Shown: piece by piece, positions 1 to 9,524 of the stretch | How the letters are laid out: each line of letters opens with the position of its first letter | Position numbering within the stretch: position 1 is the first letter of the stretch | From: a virus | Lineage: Duplodnaviria > Caudoviricetes | DNA: 61,314 nt | IMG/VR virus record: IMGVR_UViG_3300025288_000022 | Coordinates: 1-61,314 of that record | Reading direction: 5' to 3' (one strand) | Notes under the pieces: model-generated | What the model saw: only the letters and a program-made list of their open reading frames with translations | The model's database searches: none | Told to the model about the DNA's origin: nothing | Program-made: the position numbers and the translations under genes

Positions 1-23
1 CTGCCGTTTGGCCCGGTATTGGT

Positions 24-482
24 ATGGTGGACGTGGAGTTTCCCATGGGGAACAAACGTTACCCCGTGGAAGACCTTCAGCGTGTAGATGTTGACGATGC
101 TGGGGTGGTGCCTCCCTTCACCAATTCCGCTCCAGGTGGTGTGCCTGTTGTGGAGGTCAGTGGTGGCCCTGTAGCACTCCTGCCCAAGAGCCAAACAAGG
201 GAAGCCAATGCACAGCGTGTTGCTGAGGCTTTCGTGAAGCGGGCTCTCTATTGGTCCGGAGCGGATCGACAGTATTCGGCTACAAAAGAGGAGCAGGCCA
301 CAAAGGTCTACTTCTGTCCTAAGTGTCGGGCGCAAGGTGTGGAATCACAGCTTCGCCATGCCAACTACAAGCGTCGTGGTGGGGTGTCTGAAAGGCTTCT
401 GGGTTGTGGGATTTGCCTCTTCTTGATCAAGAAATCTGATATCCCCAATTGCCCTGACCACCAGACGACTGAGGAGCCCTAA
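24..482 (+). CDS. Hypothetical protein with two CxxC motifs (probably 5'-truncated by the window)
   Basis: CPKC and CGIC motifs; its stop overlaps the ATG of the next gene (TAATG); the frame is open back to the window edge. Confidence 0.7.
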   Translation: MVDVEFPMGNKRYPVEDLQRVDVDDAGVVPPFTNSAPGGVPVVEVSGGPVALLPKSQTREANAQRVAEAFVKRALYWSGADRQYSATKEEQATKVYFCPKCRAQGVESQLRHANYKRRGGVSERLLGCGICLFLIKKSDIPNCPDHQTTEEP

Positions 483-1876
483 TGGCTTTCCTACGTTTTG
501 CCAATGCAATGGTGGTGAAGCCACAGATCACAACTTCGGGGTGGTCTAAGGTTCGCACGGCTTCTGTTGCCCCAGCGGTCAACCTCATGGCACAGGCAGA
601 GGAGATTCTGGGTGAACCCCTAGACCCTGCTAGGTTCCTAATCTCCCATTGTACGATTGTGGCTTCTGTGGATGTGGAGAAGGTTCCCAATGTGGTTCTG
701 GGCAACATCAAGGTGGGGAAGCACGGTCGGGTCATCAACCGCAAGTTTGATGACTACTACGTCACCCCTGACACCTTCAAGTACATCAACAACAATGGCG
801 ACTGTTGGAGTCGAGATGTCCTCTTGATGTCTTTCAAGACCTTCATTGCAGGACAGAACTACCAAGAGCACGTTCAGATTGAAGAGCAGTCCAAGGGGCG
901 GCTTATTGATGCCGTGGCTCGGGATATTGGAGAGTCGGTATACATCGACATCCTTGTGGCTACGGATCGCAAGCACAAGCAGCTCATTCAGGACATTCTG
1001 GATGAGAAGATGTCCACCCTTTCCATGGGATGTACCACGGCATACACCATCTGCACCAAGTGTGGAAACGTGGCTGCAGATGAAACGGATCTGTGTCCCT
1101 GTATCAAATACGAAAAGCTGAACAAGTTCATGGACGAGCGTGGACAGCAACGGGTCATTGCAGAGCTGTGTGGGCACCCAAGCCTTGGGGAAACCGCTGG
1201 GGTGGAGTTCATTGAGGCCTCTTGGGTGGCCAACCCTGCGTTTAAGGGTGCAGTTATCCGTAACATCCTTGATCCTGTGGGCATTGCCAAATCCGAGATG
1301 AGGGTTCAGGCAGAACTCAATCGGATTCCTCAAGTGTGGCAGGGATCCAATTACCTCAAGGCCGCATCTTCTCGTCAGGCTTTTGACTTTGGGGAAGAGG
1401 ATGGGGGTGGGGAAGAGGAAGCAGCACCCGAAGAAGCACCTAAGGACAACAAGTCCAAATTAGAGGACCTTGCCGACAAGGTGGAAGATCAGGTCACCAA
1501 GAAGGTGGAAGAAAGGGTTCAGAAGGAGCTGGAAGAAGAAGATGTGAAAGATGCAATCTCTCCAGAGAAATCTTCAATTGCTCCCAATAATTCCATTATT
1601 AGGCAAGCCTATACTCAGGCAGTAGGGGGTTTGCTCCGCACTGCTTCGTCTGAAGTTGCTTTTGTTGATGGGTTGGCTTCTTTGAATCTGGCCTATGGCA
1701 TTGAAATCCCTCTGAATCTCTATCGAGTCGCCGTCAAGGTGGGCTCGTTGTCCGCATACCCCTCGCAAGAGAGGTATCTCACTACATGCTCACATGTGGT
1801 GGGTTCAAATCTCAATTCCGCTGATGCCAGAACGTTGGTTCGCATTGGCAAACTACTTTCCCGAATGGGGAAATAG
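482..1876 (+). CDS. Prohead (capsid maturation) protease
   Basis: 464 aa; SMGC..CTKCG and FIEASWVANPA motifs typical of large-phage prohead proteases; lies directly before the scaffold/decoration/capsid genes. Confidence 0.75.
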   Translation: MAFLRFANAMVVKPQITTSGWSKVRTASVAPAVNLMAQAEEILGEPLDPARFLISHCTIVASVDVEKVPNVVLGNIKVGKHGRVINRKFDDYYVTPDTFKYINNNGDCWSRDVLLMSFKTFIAGQNYQEHVQIEEQSKGRLIDAVARDIGESVYIDILVATDRKHKQLIQDILDEKMSTLSMGCTTAYTICTKCGNVAADETDLCPCIKYEKLNKFMDERGQQRVIAELCGHPSLGETAGVEFIEASWVANPAFKGAVIRNILDPVGIAKSEMRVQAELNRIPQVWQGSNYLKAASSRQAFDFGEEDGGGEEEAAPEEAPKDNKSKLEDLADKVEDQVTKKVEERVQKELEEEDVKDAISPEKSSIAPNNSIIRQAYTQAVGGLLRTASSEVAFVDGLASLNLAYGIEIPLNLYRVAVKVGSLSAYPSQERYLTTCSHVVGSNLNSADARTLVRIGKLLSRMGK

Positions 1877-1899
1877 AGAAACCCCGCAAGGAGACCACA

Positions 1900-3012
1900 A
1901 TGGCTAATCGTCAGCGCTTGTCTTGGAGTCAAGGGGCACTTCCCGTGGAACGTGCCGCTGCTGCCCACCCTGCCACCCCCGATGAGGGCGCGGCTCACCC
2001 TGCACACACGGAAGATCCCGGTGTGCATGACTACGAGAATGGGGACACCTCGGCTTGGGCCGAGGATCCCACCTCGGGTCCTTACCCTGCATCCGCACAC
2101 CCTGCCACTCCGGATGAGGGTGCTGCTCACCCCGCATTCAAGGCTGCGGCTCAGGACCTCCGTGCTGCTGTCGAGCGCAAGGCAGCTCGTTGCGTTCGCA
2201 TTGCCACTGCTCTCCTTGGCCACAAGGTTGCAGAGTCCATGGTTGAAGACCAGGCACTTGCCTTCATGGACCTGAGTGATTCCGCCATCACCGCCACCCT
2301 AGGCCGCCTTGCTGCTCTTGTAGTGGCCGGAGAGGACGAAGAAGAGGAGGTTGAGGACGAGGTTGAGGACGAGGTTGAGGACGAGGTTGAGGACGAGGAC
2401 GTTTCCAAGAAGGCTGACGACACCCTTCTCCGCAAGCTCCTTGCCGAAGAGGGGATGCTAGAGGAGGAGCCTGCCCCTAAGGGTGCAGAGAAGGCCGCTC
2501 TTGACCAGATCCTTGCTGCACTTCAGGGAGTCTCCGCTCGCCTTGATAACCTTGAAAAGGGGGTCACTGCTCCAGAGGTTGCTTCGGATGACGAGCTTCT
2601 TGAGCAGATGTTGGTCGAAGATTCCGTTGACCCCGAAGTTGATGCCATGCTTGCGGAAATGGCAGACGAAGATGCCCTTGACGAAGATGCCCTTGACGAA
2701 GATGGCACTGATTTCGACATTGACATGGGTGGGTTGGAAGACCCCATGGGCCTCATGGACGAGGAGTATGTCAGTGACGAGGATGATGCAATCCTCAACT
2801 CTCTGTTTGCGGGTCAGTCCCTCTTTGCAGGTGAAGAGGAAGAAGAAGAGGTTCCTGCAGCCAAGACGGCTGCCCTCAAGCCCCGTCCTAAGAAGGCCTC
2901 TGCCGGAGCAACTCGTTTGGGCGGCGTAAGCAAGGGTGCCAGCTCTGAGATTGCAGATCTTGAGGCCCTTTGGCCTTCAGCACCTGACCTCTCCAGCCTC
3001 TACGGCCGCTAG
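1900..3012 (+). CDS. Acidic head scaffold/core-like protein
   Basis: SD AAGGAG; very D/E-rich low-complexity 370 aa protein between protease and capsid genes. Confidence 0.6.
   Translation: MANRQRLSWSQGALPVERAAAAHPATPDEGAAHPAHTEDPGVHDYENGDTSAWAEDPTSGPYPASAHPATPDEGAAHPAFKAAAQDLRAAVERKAARCVRIATALLGHKVAESMVEDQALAFMDLSDSAITATLGRLAALVVAGEDEEEEVEDEVEDEVEDEVEDEDVSKKADDTLLRKLLAEEGMLEEEPAPKGAEKAALDQILAALQGVSARLDNLEKGVTAPEVASDDELLEQMLVEDSVDPEVDAMLAEMADEDALDEDALDEDGTDFDIDMGGLEDPMGLMDEEYVSDEDDAILNSLFAGQSLFAGEEEEEEVPAAKTAALKPRPKKASAGATRLGGVSKGASSEIADLEALWPSAPDLSSLYGR
2347..2400 (+). repeat. In-frame 12-bp tandem repeat (GAGGTTGAGGAC x4) encoding EVED repeats
   Basis: Read directly; the same gene also has a duplicated AHPATPDEGAAHPA peptide and a 15-bp DEDAL repeat near 2665-2703. 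Confidence 0.9.
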
Positions 3013-3020
3013 TTCCCTCT

Positions 3021-3063
3021 AGGAAACCGTATCCCCCGAGAGAGATACGGTTTCCTTGTTTCT
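3021..3063 (+). terminator. Intrinsic terminator after the scaffold gene
   Basis: AGGAAACCGTATC...GATACGGTTTCCT stem followed by TGTTTCT. Confidence 0.7.
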
Positions 3064-3215
3064 CCAAGGTTTAGTCAGAGCACCTGCTCCGGACAAATAA
3101 ATCTTCGGTAATCATTAGATAAGGGCCTACATATAGTAGGTAACTATGGGCTGGTTGGATTTCCCACAAGCCTTTCTTGAACCCCCGTTCCTGTGAACAA
3201 TGAGGAGAAGCTAAA

Positions 3216-3884
3216 ATGCCTCTACTTGGACAGGCGAGTGGTGGATGGACTGAGTCAAGCTCAGCGCTTCGTATTCTGCACCTTGGTGTGCGCAATACGA
3301 TTGGCGTTCTTACGGCTGACGCGTTCACCCAAACCAACCCGCCCATCGTAACCGTCCTTTCTACGATCTCGACCAACGTTAGCACTGGTGTCTTCGGTGT
3401 GCTTTCGGGATCTGTAGCTTTCTCGCGTCCTGACGCGGGTTCCAACCACATCGGTGGCAACGCTGAAGGCCTCGCAGTTCCTGCGCAGGAGACCTTCGTC
3501 CGTCCTCTCGGGTTGTTCATCAACTCGGCAGCCGGAAATGCCTTCGAGAATCAGCCCGCTCCTGCTTCTGGCAAGTGCCCCTACGTTTCGGCGCAGGGCA
3601 CCTACGCCAGCGGTCTGTTTGAGACCCAGGCACTCGGGGCTTCGACCGGTGGTGTTGCTCTCGCACAGGGGGCCGCTCTGACCTACGTCACCGGACAGGC
3701 CCTCATTGCTTCGCGCAATGGCTACCTGATGCCTTCGGTTGACGGTTCTGACGGTGTCACCTCACTCGCCAACGCAGCTAACTCTGCGGATGTCGAGCAC
3801 GGTGTTGCTGTTACCACCATTGGTGTCCTCAAGATGCCAGCAGACTCGGTCCAGGCCGAGCTTGTTTTCGATCAACGCATTTAA
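3216..3884 (+). CDS. Head decoration/capsid cement-like protein
   Basis: SD GAGGAG; 222 aa, rich in G/A/S/T; immediately upstream of the capsid gene with the same highly expressed codon style. Confidence 0.6.
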   Translation: MPLLGQASGGWTESSSALRILHLGVRNTIGVLTADAFTQTNPPIVTVLSTISTNVSTGVFGVLSGSVAFSRPDAGSNHIGGNAEGLAVPAQETFVRPLGLFINSAAGNAFENQPAPASGKCPYVSAQGTYASGLFETQALGASTGGVALAQGAALTYVTGQALIASRNGYLMPSVDGSDGVTSLANAANSADVEHGVAVTTIGVLKMPADSVQAELVFDQRI

Positions 3885-3897
3885 GGAGGACCTGAAG

Positions 3898-4770
3898 ATG
3901 GCCGCTAGTAACGCTGTTCGTCAGAAGATCATCCAGGACTTCATCGGGACTCCCCGTGGTCGTGCGAAGCTTGCTGCTTCCATGACGCAGCCTCTCAGGC
4001 TTCGTCGCGACTACATGGCGGTTGGTCGTAAGACCTTCCTCGTGGAGCAGCTCCCTGATGGTGCCCTGCCTGTCTACGACAAGGACCCAGATGTCACCGC
4101 ATACGTTGTTGGTGAAGAGGGTGAGAACATTCTCGCCATCACCAAGCCACGTCGTGTGATCTTCCCTCTGTTCGAGATTGCCTCGAACCCAGAGATTCCA
4201 CTCACCCAGATCAAGGAGCGTCGTTTCGACCTCATCGAACGTGCCCAGGACCTCGCTCGCGCGCAGATCCAGGCCGCTGAAGATGAGCGCGTATTCGCGG
4301 TTCTTGACGCAATCGCTACCAACGGCTTTGACTCCATCGCCGGTGGTGAGAACCCTGACGTTCCTGTCGTTGCCCCAATCTCGGGTGCAGTGCTTGCGGA
4401 CGCCTTCGCTCTCATCGAGCGCCACGACCTTCGCGTTGCACGCATCTACATGAATGCTCGCGATTATGCCGACCTTCGTAAGTTCGGCCGTGACATCCTC
4501 GATATCGAAAGCCAGCGTGAGCTTCTCAAGACCGGTCTGATGGCTACCCTCTGGGGTGCTCAGATCATCGTCAGCCGCCTCGTCCCTGTGGGCACGGTCT
4601 ACGCATGCTGCGAGCCAGATATGTTTGGCCGGATCCCCGTGCGTACCGAGCTAACCGTTTTGAGTGCTGATGACCCTAAGGCACGCACCATTGGTTTCTC
4701 TGTTTTCGAGAATCTGGGTATTGGCGCTTACAACCCCAAGGGGTTGGCAAGGTTGACCATCACTCGCTAG
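3898..4770 (+). CDS. Major capsid protein, HK97-like fold (290 aa)
   Basis: Strong SD AAGGAGG before ATG 3898; strongly biased codons; IQAAEDERVF, IYMNARDYADL, LWGAQIIVS and FENLGIGAYNP motifs resemble large-phage MCPs; followed by a terminator. Confidence 0.85.
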   Translation: MAASNAVRQKIIQDFIGTPRGRAKLAASMTQPLRLRRDYMAVGRKTFLVEQLPDGALPVYDKDPDVTAYVVGEEGENILAITKPRRVIFPLFEIASNPEIPLTQIKERRFDLIERAQDLARAQIQAAEDERVFAVLDAIATNGFDSIAGGENPDVPVVAPISGAVLADAFALIERHDLRVARIYMNARDYADLRKFGRDILDIESQRELLKTGLMATLWGAQIIVSRLVPVGTVYACCEPDMFGRIPVRTELTVLSADDPKARTIGFSVFENLGIGAYNPKGLARLTITR

Positions 4771-4789
4771 GTTGTTAGCGGGTTTTCCC

Positions 4790-4821
4790 AAAGGGTGTCC
4801 TTCACGGGGCACCCTTTTTTT
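4790..4821 (+). terminator. Intrinsic terminator of the capsid operon
   Basis: AAAGGGTGTCC-TTCACG-GGGCACCCTTTTTTT. Confidence 0.85.
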
Positions 4822-4936
4822 GTCTTCATTTTTTAGAGCACTGTACCACAAACAGGAGTCCGCAACACTTGCATACAAAAACTGTTGTCTTCTTTGCAGT
4901 TGTATGCTATTGCTGATAAAAAATCTTGGAGGTACA

Positions 4937-6949
4937 ATGCTTTGTGTTGAGGATTTGGATGAGTGTAAGCTCCGGTTCCTGTACGAACAGGAGGGCTATT
5001 TAGATCAGCAAATAGCAGAGAGATATGGGACGTATCAAGTGAAGATCTCAAGAATGAGATCTAAGTGGGGCATCCCTACTATTAGCATGTCAGATAGGAT
5101 TTCGAGAGGGTTGCTTCCTCTGACAACTCAACAGAAGGAATTGTTGTTGGGCTCTTTGTTGGGGGATGGTTGCATGAAGGCCACCAGTGCAAAAACCGCC
5201 AGGTTTATTGAGAGACACTCTCTTAAACAAGAAGGGTATTTGCGATGGAAGGCTGAGATTCTAGGGGATTATGTCTCTTCCACCTACCCCGTGACTAAAT
5301 GGGAAGGGGATGTCCCCTATCCTGGGATAGAGTTCGCCACCAAAAGCTGCCAAGAATTGTACCCCTACTTCGACTTGTTTTACAAGTCGGGTAAGCGTGT
5401 GTTCCCAGCCTCCCTCAGCAATCTGCTGTCCCCATTCTCTCTGGCCATATGGTACTTGGATGATGGCAGCATCAAGCAACACACACACCCTAGCATCTCT
5501 TTTGGGTTAGACTCGCGGAGTCTGCACAGGGCTACCAAGGCATTAAGAGCATTAGGGCTTCAGCCTCAATATCTGGGTTCAGGGGGGAGGGGATCTATTG
5601 TGTTTCCTGGGCAAGCCGATTTGTTTTACCAAATAGTGGCTCCCCATGTGCCTGAATGCATGCAATACAAGCTACAGACACAGAAGGAGAGGAGGATTGT
5701 CGATGTAAATGCCAAGAGGCTGACACCTGAACGGGCTCGTGTACTGTATGAAGGTGGGATGTCTCTCAAAGACATTGCGGATGCTTACTCCGTGGGCCGT
5801 TCTACTGTTAGAAGAAGACTACAGGAGATGGGGGTTCCTCGGAGGGTTGTGGGTCGCCTAAGGCCCTCCTTTAGCCTAGAGGCTGCAAAGGTGGCCCTGC
5901 AGAATTATGACCCAAAGGTTTGGGCTACTCTCTCTCTGAGCCAGCAGGAGACCTGGGTGGGGGAAATCCTTAGCATATTGCTTCGGACCCCTTTCCCTTT
6001 CCCCTCGAAAGTTGAAAATTTGCAGAAAGAGTTTAGGTTCCTCTTAGAAAAGTCCTTACGGTTAGATGGGGTGGATATTAAGCCTCTTTCCCGGACGGGG
6101 TTGAGAATTTGCACACCCTATTTCCCAAACAGATATAAGGCAGCCTACCGTAAAACAAATTCCGCTTGGGAAGGGTGGCATGATCCCAAACACCTGCAAC
6201 GAGCTATCCTTTTCCAATTAAAGGTGGGTGATCCCGTAGTACCACATAGGGTTCTTCGGGCTTTGACTGCAAACTGCAGAACCCCAACGGTATTCCGCCC
6301 CACCATTGCTAAGTTTGTGTATGAGAATTATGCCCCAAAGGGTGGGAAGGTTTGGGATCCTTGCTCTGGATATGGCGGCAGGCTCTTAGGGGCAGGAGCT
6401 GCCGGGGTGCAATACTTGGGGACAGATGTGGAGCCTCAAACTGTTGCAGGCAACCTTGCTTTGAGTGCGGATTTGGGCTTGGATGCAGAAGTGGTTCTTT
6501 CTAAGGCAGAGGATTTCAATCCTGGGAAGGTAGATCTAGTGTTCACATCCCCCCCCTACTTTAATGTTGAAAGGTACTCGACCCGAGATGCCCAATCTTA
6601 CAAACAACACCAAGAGTTTAACCTTTGGTTGGAGGGGTTCTTGAGGCCTGTTATTCGGACATCCTATGCTTCTCTGGGGGTGGGGCAATATCTGATTCTG
6701 AATGTGGCCAACATTAACTTACCACGCCAAACTCTTCTCTTGGTGGAGTCTACATGCCGTTTGGCAGAGGAAGAGGGTTTCATCCATGAGCAGACGTTGC
6801 ACATGCCTCTTTCCAACCTTAACAGGAAGAACGGGATGGAGCCTTTGCTAGTCTTTAAGAAAGGGATTGCTAGCACACCTAGTACGAGAAAGAGCCTATT
6901 CGAGGGTCTGGGTATCGGAACATACAACCTCAAGAAGCCTCTTGGCTAG
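4937..6949 (+). CDS. LAGLIDADG homing endonuclease + HTH + amino (N4C/N6A) DNA methyltransferase fusion
   Basis: SD GGAGG before ATG 4937; LLGSLLGDG and LAIWYLDDG (LAGLIDADG_2 type); HTH GMSLKDIADAYSVGRSTVRRRL; MTase motif I DPCSGYGG and motif IV TSPPY. Confidence 0.85.
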   Translation: MLCVEDLDECKLRFLYEQEGYLDQQIAERYGTYQVKISRMRSKWGIPTISMSDRISRGLLPLTTQQKELLLGSLLGDGCMKATSAKTARFIERHSLKQEGYLRWKAEILGDYVSSTYPVTKWEGDVPYPGIEFATKSCQELYPYFDLFYKSGKRVFPASLSNLLSPFSLAIWYLDDGSIKQHTHPSISFGLDSRSLHRATKALRALGLQPQYLGSGGRGSIVFPGQADLFYQIVAPHVPECMQYKLQTQKERRIVDVNAKRLTPERARVLYEGGMSLKDIADAYSVGRSTVRRRLQEMGVPRRVVGRLRPSFSLEAAKVALQNYDPKVWATLSLSQQETWVGEILSILLRTPFPFPSKVENLQKEFRFLLEKSLRLDGVDIKPLSRTGLRICTPYFPNRYKAAYRKTNSAWEGWHDPKHLQRAILFQLKVGDPVVPHRVLRALTANCRTPTVFRPTIAKFVYENYAPKGGKVWDPCSGYGGRLLGAGAAGVQYLGTDVEPQTVAGNLALSADLGLDAEVVLSKAEDFNPGKVDLVFTSPPYFNVERYSTRDAQSYKQHQEFNLWLEGFLRPVIRTSYASLGVGQYLILNVANINLPRQTLLLVESTCRLAEEEGFIHEQTLHMPLSNLNRKNGMEPLLVFKKGIASTPSTRKSLFEGLGIGTYNLKKPLG

Positions 6950-6951
6950 GT
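6899..6951 (+). repeat. Degenerate copy of the capsid gene 3' end (4705-4753)
   Basis: FEGLGIGTYNLK vs FENLGIGAYNPK; 29/36 nt identical by manual count, then TTGGCTAGGT vs TTGGCAAGGT. Confidence 0.8.
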
Positions 6952-7110
6952 CTTCCTGAAGTCTGTCCATAGATTTGGGCACATCCTTCAGCCCGCAGGC
7001 ATGCTTGGATCCACGACACAATTCGGTGGGGGGTTGGAACAACCGTTCCAACCTTGGTGGTTTTATTTGCCTATTGTGGAGGTGTGTTGAGTGCAACAGG
7101 GGGTTGGGTT

Positions 7111-8175
7111 ATGCAGGTTTTAGGTTGTGTCCAGAGAGTGGCCGCTAGGTTTGCCGCAAAGTCTTTGTATCTAGAGGATACGGGTGAGTACATTGTGGTC
7201 AGTGGGCCATATGACTTGATGCAACAGGTGTACCCAAAGCTCAAGTCGAGGGGTTTCTGGTATGACTCTTCTGTGCGGGCATGGGGGATTGAGAAGGCAA
7301 AGATGACACCTGCAAAGATGAAAAACCTCCATGCTCTGTTGGAGCCTTACCTGCCCAAGGGCGATGCTTTGTCTGAAGAAACCCCACCCCCGCCACCCCC
7401 GCCAAAGAAGATTCTGATTCAGGTGCCTTATGAATACCGCCACATACCACGACAGGCTGGGGGTGTTTGGGACTCTTGGTCCAAGTCATGGGAGTTCTCC
7501 AATGCTTCCGTGGCGGAAAAGGTTGTACAAAAAGTGGAGGAGGCAAGGCTAGAAAAGCCAGTGTCCCCTGTACCGCTCACGAAACGCGACCCTAATGCGG
7601 TCGTTTTTACTGAGACAGGCAGAAGTAAGCGCGACATTAAACACCCGCTCAATTCCTCCTTTAGGGATCCTAAGTCAGGAAAGATCCTAACGGTGGTTAA
7701 GGTAGACTCCTACTATGTGTCTGAGGATGGTCTGTCTTTTGGTTTGCCAGATGATGCCGGGTGGGTTCATACGATACACGCGGTGGTGGAAGGAGGGGAG
7801 GGTGCGGTTCAAGAAGTGGAAAGGGATGAGAAAGCAAGGATGTCAAAGAGTCAGGCTCTCCACTTAGAACAGGATCTGATTAAGAGGGTTGTTGTTCCTT
7901 CAAATTACCACAAGGCCCCCCACCCACAGAGAGTCGTGGGTGAGATCTTATTGAGGAGGAACCGGAGGAATGTGCTTTATGGTGGTGGGACTTGGTGGGT
8001 TGTTCAGCCTGGGAAAGCCATCTGGTACATCCGGAATAATGGGGCAGATGGTGACGATTGGTCTGCTAACAATGTCCAGACCAACGGCGCAGGGGCAATG
8101 GGATACCATGTTCCTTACACCAAGGAGATGGATGAGACACTCCACCAATTGGATGAGTCCTTGGGTGAACACTGA
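7111..8175 (+). CDS. Hypothetical protein with N-terminal RVAARF motif
   Basis: Long ORF; start chosen at ATG 7111. Confidence 0.7.
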   Translation: MQVLGCVQRVAARFAAKSLYLEDTGEYIVVSGPYDLMQQVYPKLKSRGFWYDSSVRAWGIEKAKMTPAKMKNLHALLEPYLPKGDALSEETPPPPPPPKKILIQVPYEYRHIPRQAGGVWDSWSKSWEFSNASVAEKVVQKVEEARLEKPVSPVPLTKRDPNAVVFTETGRSKRDIKHPLNSSFRDPKSGKILTVVKVDSYYVSEDGLSFGLPDDAGWVHTIHAVVEGGEGAVQEVERDEKARMSKSQALHLEQDLIKRVVVPSNYHKAPHPQRVVGEILLRRNRRNVLYGGGTWWVVQPGKAIWYIRNNGADGDDWSANNVQTNGAGAMGYHVPYTKEMDETLHQLDESLGEH

Positions 8176-8364
8176 CCGTTCCTTGGAACCTGCCTAAACA
8201 GGTGGGTCCCAATTCGAGCCTTTGCCGTTCCTGGGTTGGACGAGTACCTCGGCAGTAAGGCTCCGGCCCAACGGTGGGGGCTGGATCTGCGGAGCAGAGG
8301 CACCAGCCTTAGGGGGGATCAGACTGGGGGGCACGCCACATGCTATCATCTTTTTTTTGCGGGT

Positions 8365-8634
8365 TTAGGGGCCCGTGCTATTTTTAAGCCGGTAGGCCGC
8401 GAAGGCAGCGTCAAATAGACGCTGCATGTCAGCATCAAGGGGGATTGCGGGTGTCACCTCGCTGAGGCTCTGCACCAAACCGGTGCGGAGATCCGTAGCC
8501 GTGCGAGGCTCATCCGGCATGTACTCCCGGCACTTGGTGCACCCTACGGCGCTCGTAGCACTGCGATGGAACTCACCACAGGCACATTCGTGGGTGAAGC
8601 CACTGTGGATTGCGTTGTGGATGGTGTCGTTCAT
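8365..8634 (-). CDS. Small Cys-rich hypothetical protein (CACG...CTKC)
   Basis: ATG 8634 preceded by GGAG and by the GTTTCA-N14-TGCGTT promoter motif. Confidence 0.65.
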   Translation of the reverse strand: MNDTIHNAIHSGFTHECACGEFHRSATSAVGCTKCREYMPDEPRTATDLRTGLVQSLSEVTPAIPLDADMQRLFDAAFAAYRLKNSTGP

Positions 8635-8736
8635 GGTGGGCTCCGTTCCTCCCCTAGAACGCATGCGGGGTAGTCCGTGAAACCACGGGTGCCGTTTTTT
8701 TCCCCCTATACTGCTGAAGACATAGGAGAACACCCT

Positions 8737-9516
8737 ATGTCTGATATTTACACCTCTGTGCTTCGCATTGCATCCACTCTTCCTGTAGGCAACCCAACTC
8801 GGCGAGAATTGCTCGCATCCCCTGTAGGCAACCCAACTCGGCGAGAATTGCTCGCATCCTTGCAGGCTACTGCTTCTAAGGATTGGCAGATCCTAGTGGA
8901 TGGTCCTCATGTCCGAATTCAGTGGCAGGACCACCCCCACAATAACCTGGTGATCCAGGAGCTTCCTAGCAAGCCTTTCAAGGCTAAGCTCAAGAAGGCT
9001 TCCTACTGGGTTTGGATTGGGCAGGATATTCCGTATGAGGGCAGGGGTGCTCTACTCATGGTGAACATGATCCAGGACATGCACCCCAGTGCTTCCATGA
9101 CCTTTGATCAGGCTGTGGCAGCCATGAACAAGGCCGTAGCGCTGGCAGTGGAGCGGTCCATTGCCAGCGGGACTCCAGAGAAGTCCCTCACAGGGTTTAA
9201 GCACATGCCCCACATGGAGCTGGTGCATTACCTACAGGTTGAGCCTTCAGACTACAAGCCGGTGGTCATCCGGGGCACGGCTTTGTATGTGAAGAGCACA
9301 TGGCAGAGCTTCACCTTCTCAGAGGTGAGTGAAAACCGAAAATATCAAGAGATGCCTGATTTTTACCAGTCTAGCTCACCACGGGATAGCCGCAAGCTAT
9401 TCACGCTTGTGAAGGCTCAAGAGGAGACCATTCGCAAGATGACCGTGGCTCAATTTCAGGAAATGCTGGACAAGAACAAGATCCACTATAAATACGTTCC
9501 TTCAGTGTACAGGTAG
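8737..9516 (+). CDS. Hypothetical protein with shared N-terminal leader (LRIASTLPVGNPTRRELLAS)
   Basis: SD AGGAG, CCTATA upstream; leader nearly identical to that of 33336..33827. Confidence 0.75.
   Translation: MSDIYTSVLRIASTLPVGNPTRRELLASPVGNPTRRELLASLQATASKDWQILVDGPHVRIQWQDHPHNNLVIQELPSKPFKAKLKKASYWVWIGQDIPYEGRGALLMVNMIQDMHPSASMTFDQAVAAMNKAVALAVERSIASGTPEKSLTGFKHMPHMELVHYLQVEPSDYKPVVIRGTALYVKSTWQSFTFSEVSENRKYQEMPDFYQSSSPRDSRKLFTLVKAQEETIRKMTVAQFQEMLDKNKIHYKYVPSVYR
8782..8859 (+). repeat. Perfect 39-bp in-frame tandem duplication (PVGNPTRRELLAS x2)
   Basis: 8782-8820 equals 8821-8859, read directly. Confidence 0.95.
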
Positions 9517-9524
9517 GAGGTTTC

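Noticed and set aside
3739-3897. Extended GTG/alternative start for the capsid protein in the ORF track (similarly 4772 for the endonuclease)
   Set aside because: These overlap the upstream gene or terminator; strong SD sequences support ATG 3898 and ATG 4937
4770-6951. Group I intron or intein in the capsid gene carrying the LAGLIDADG ORF
   Set aside because: The MCP has a complete C-terminus, stop codon and terminator before the element; the downstream copy is degenerate and no splice motifs were recognised
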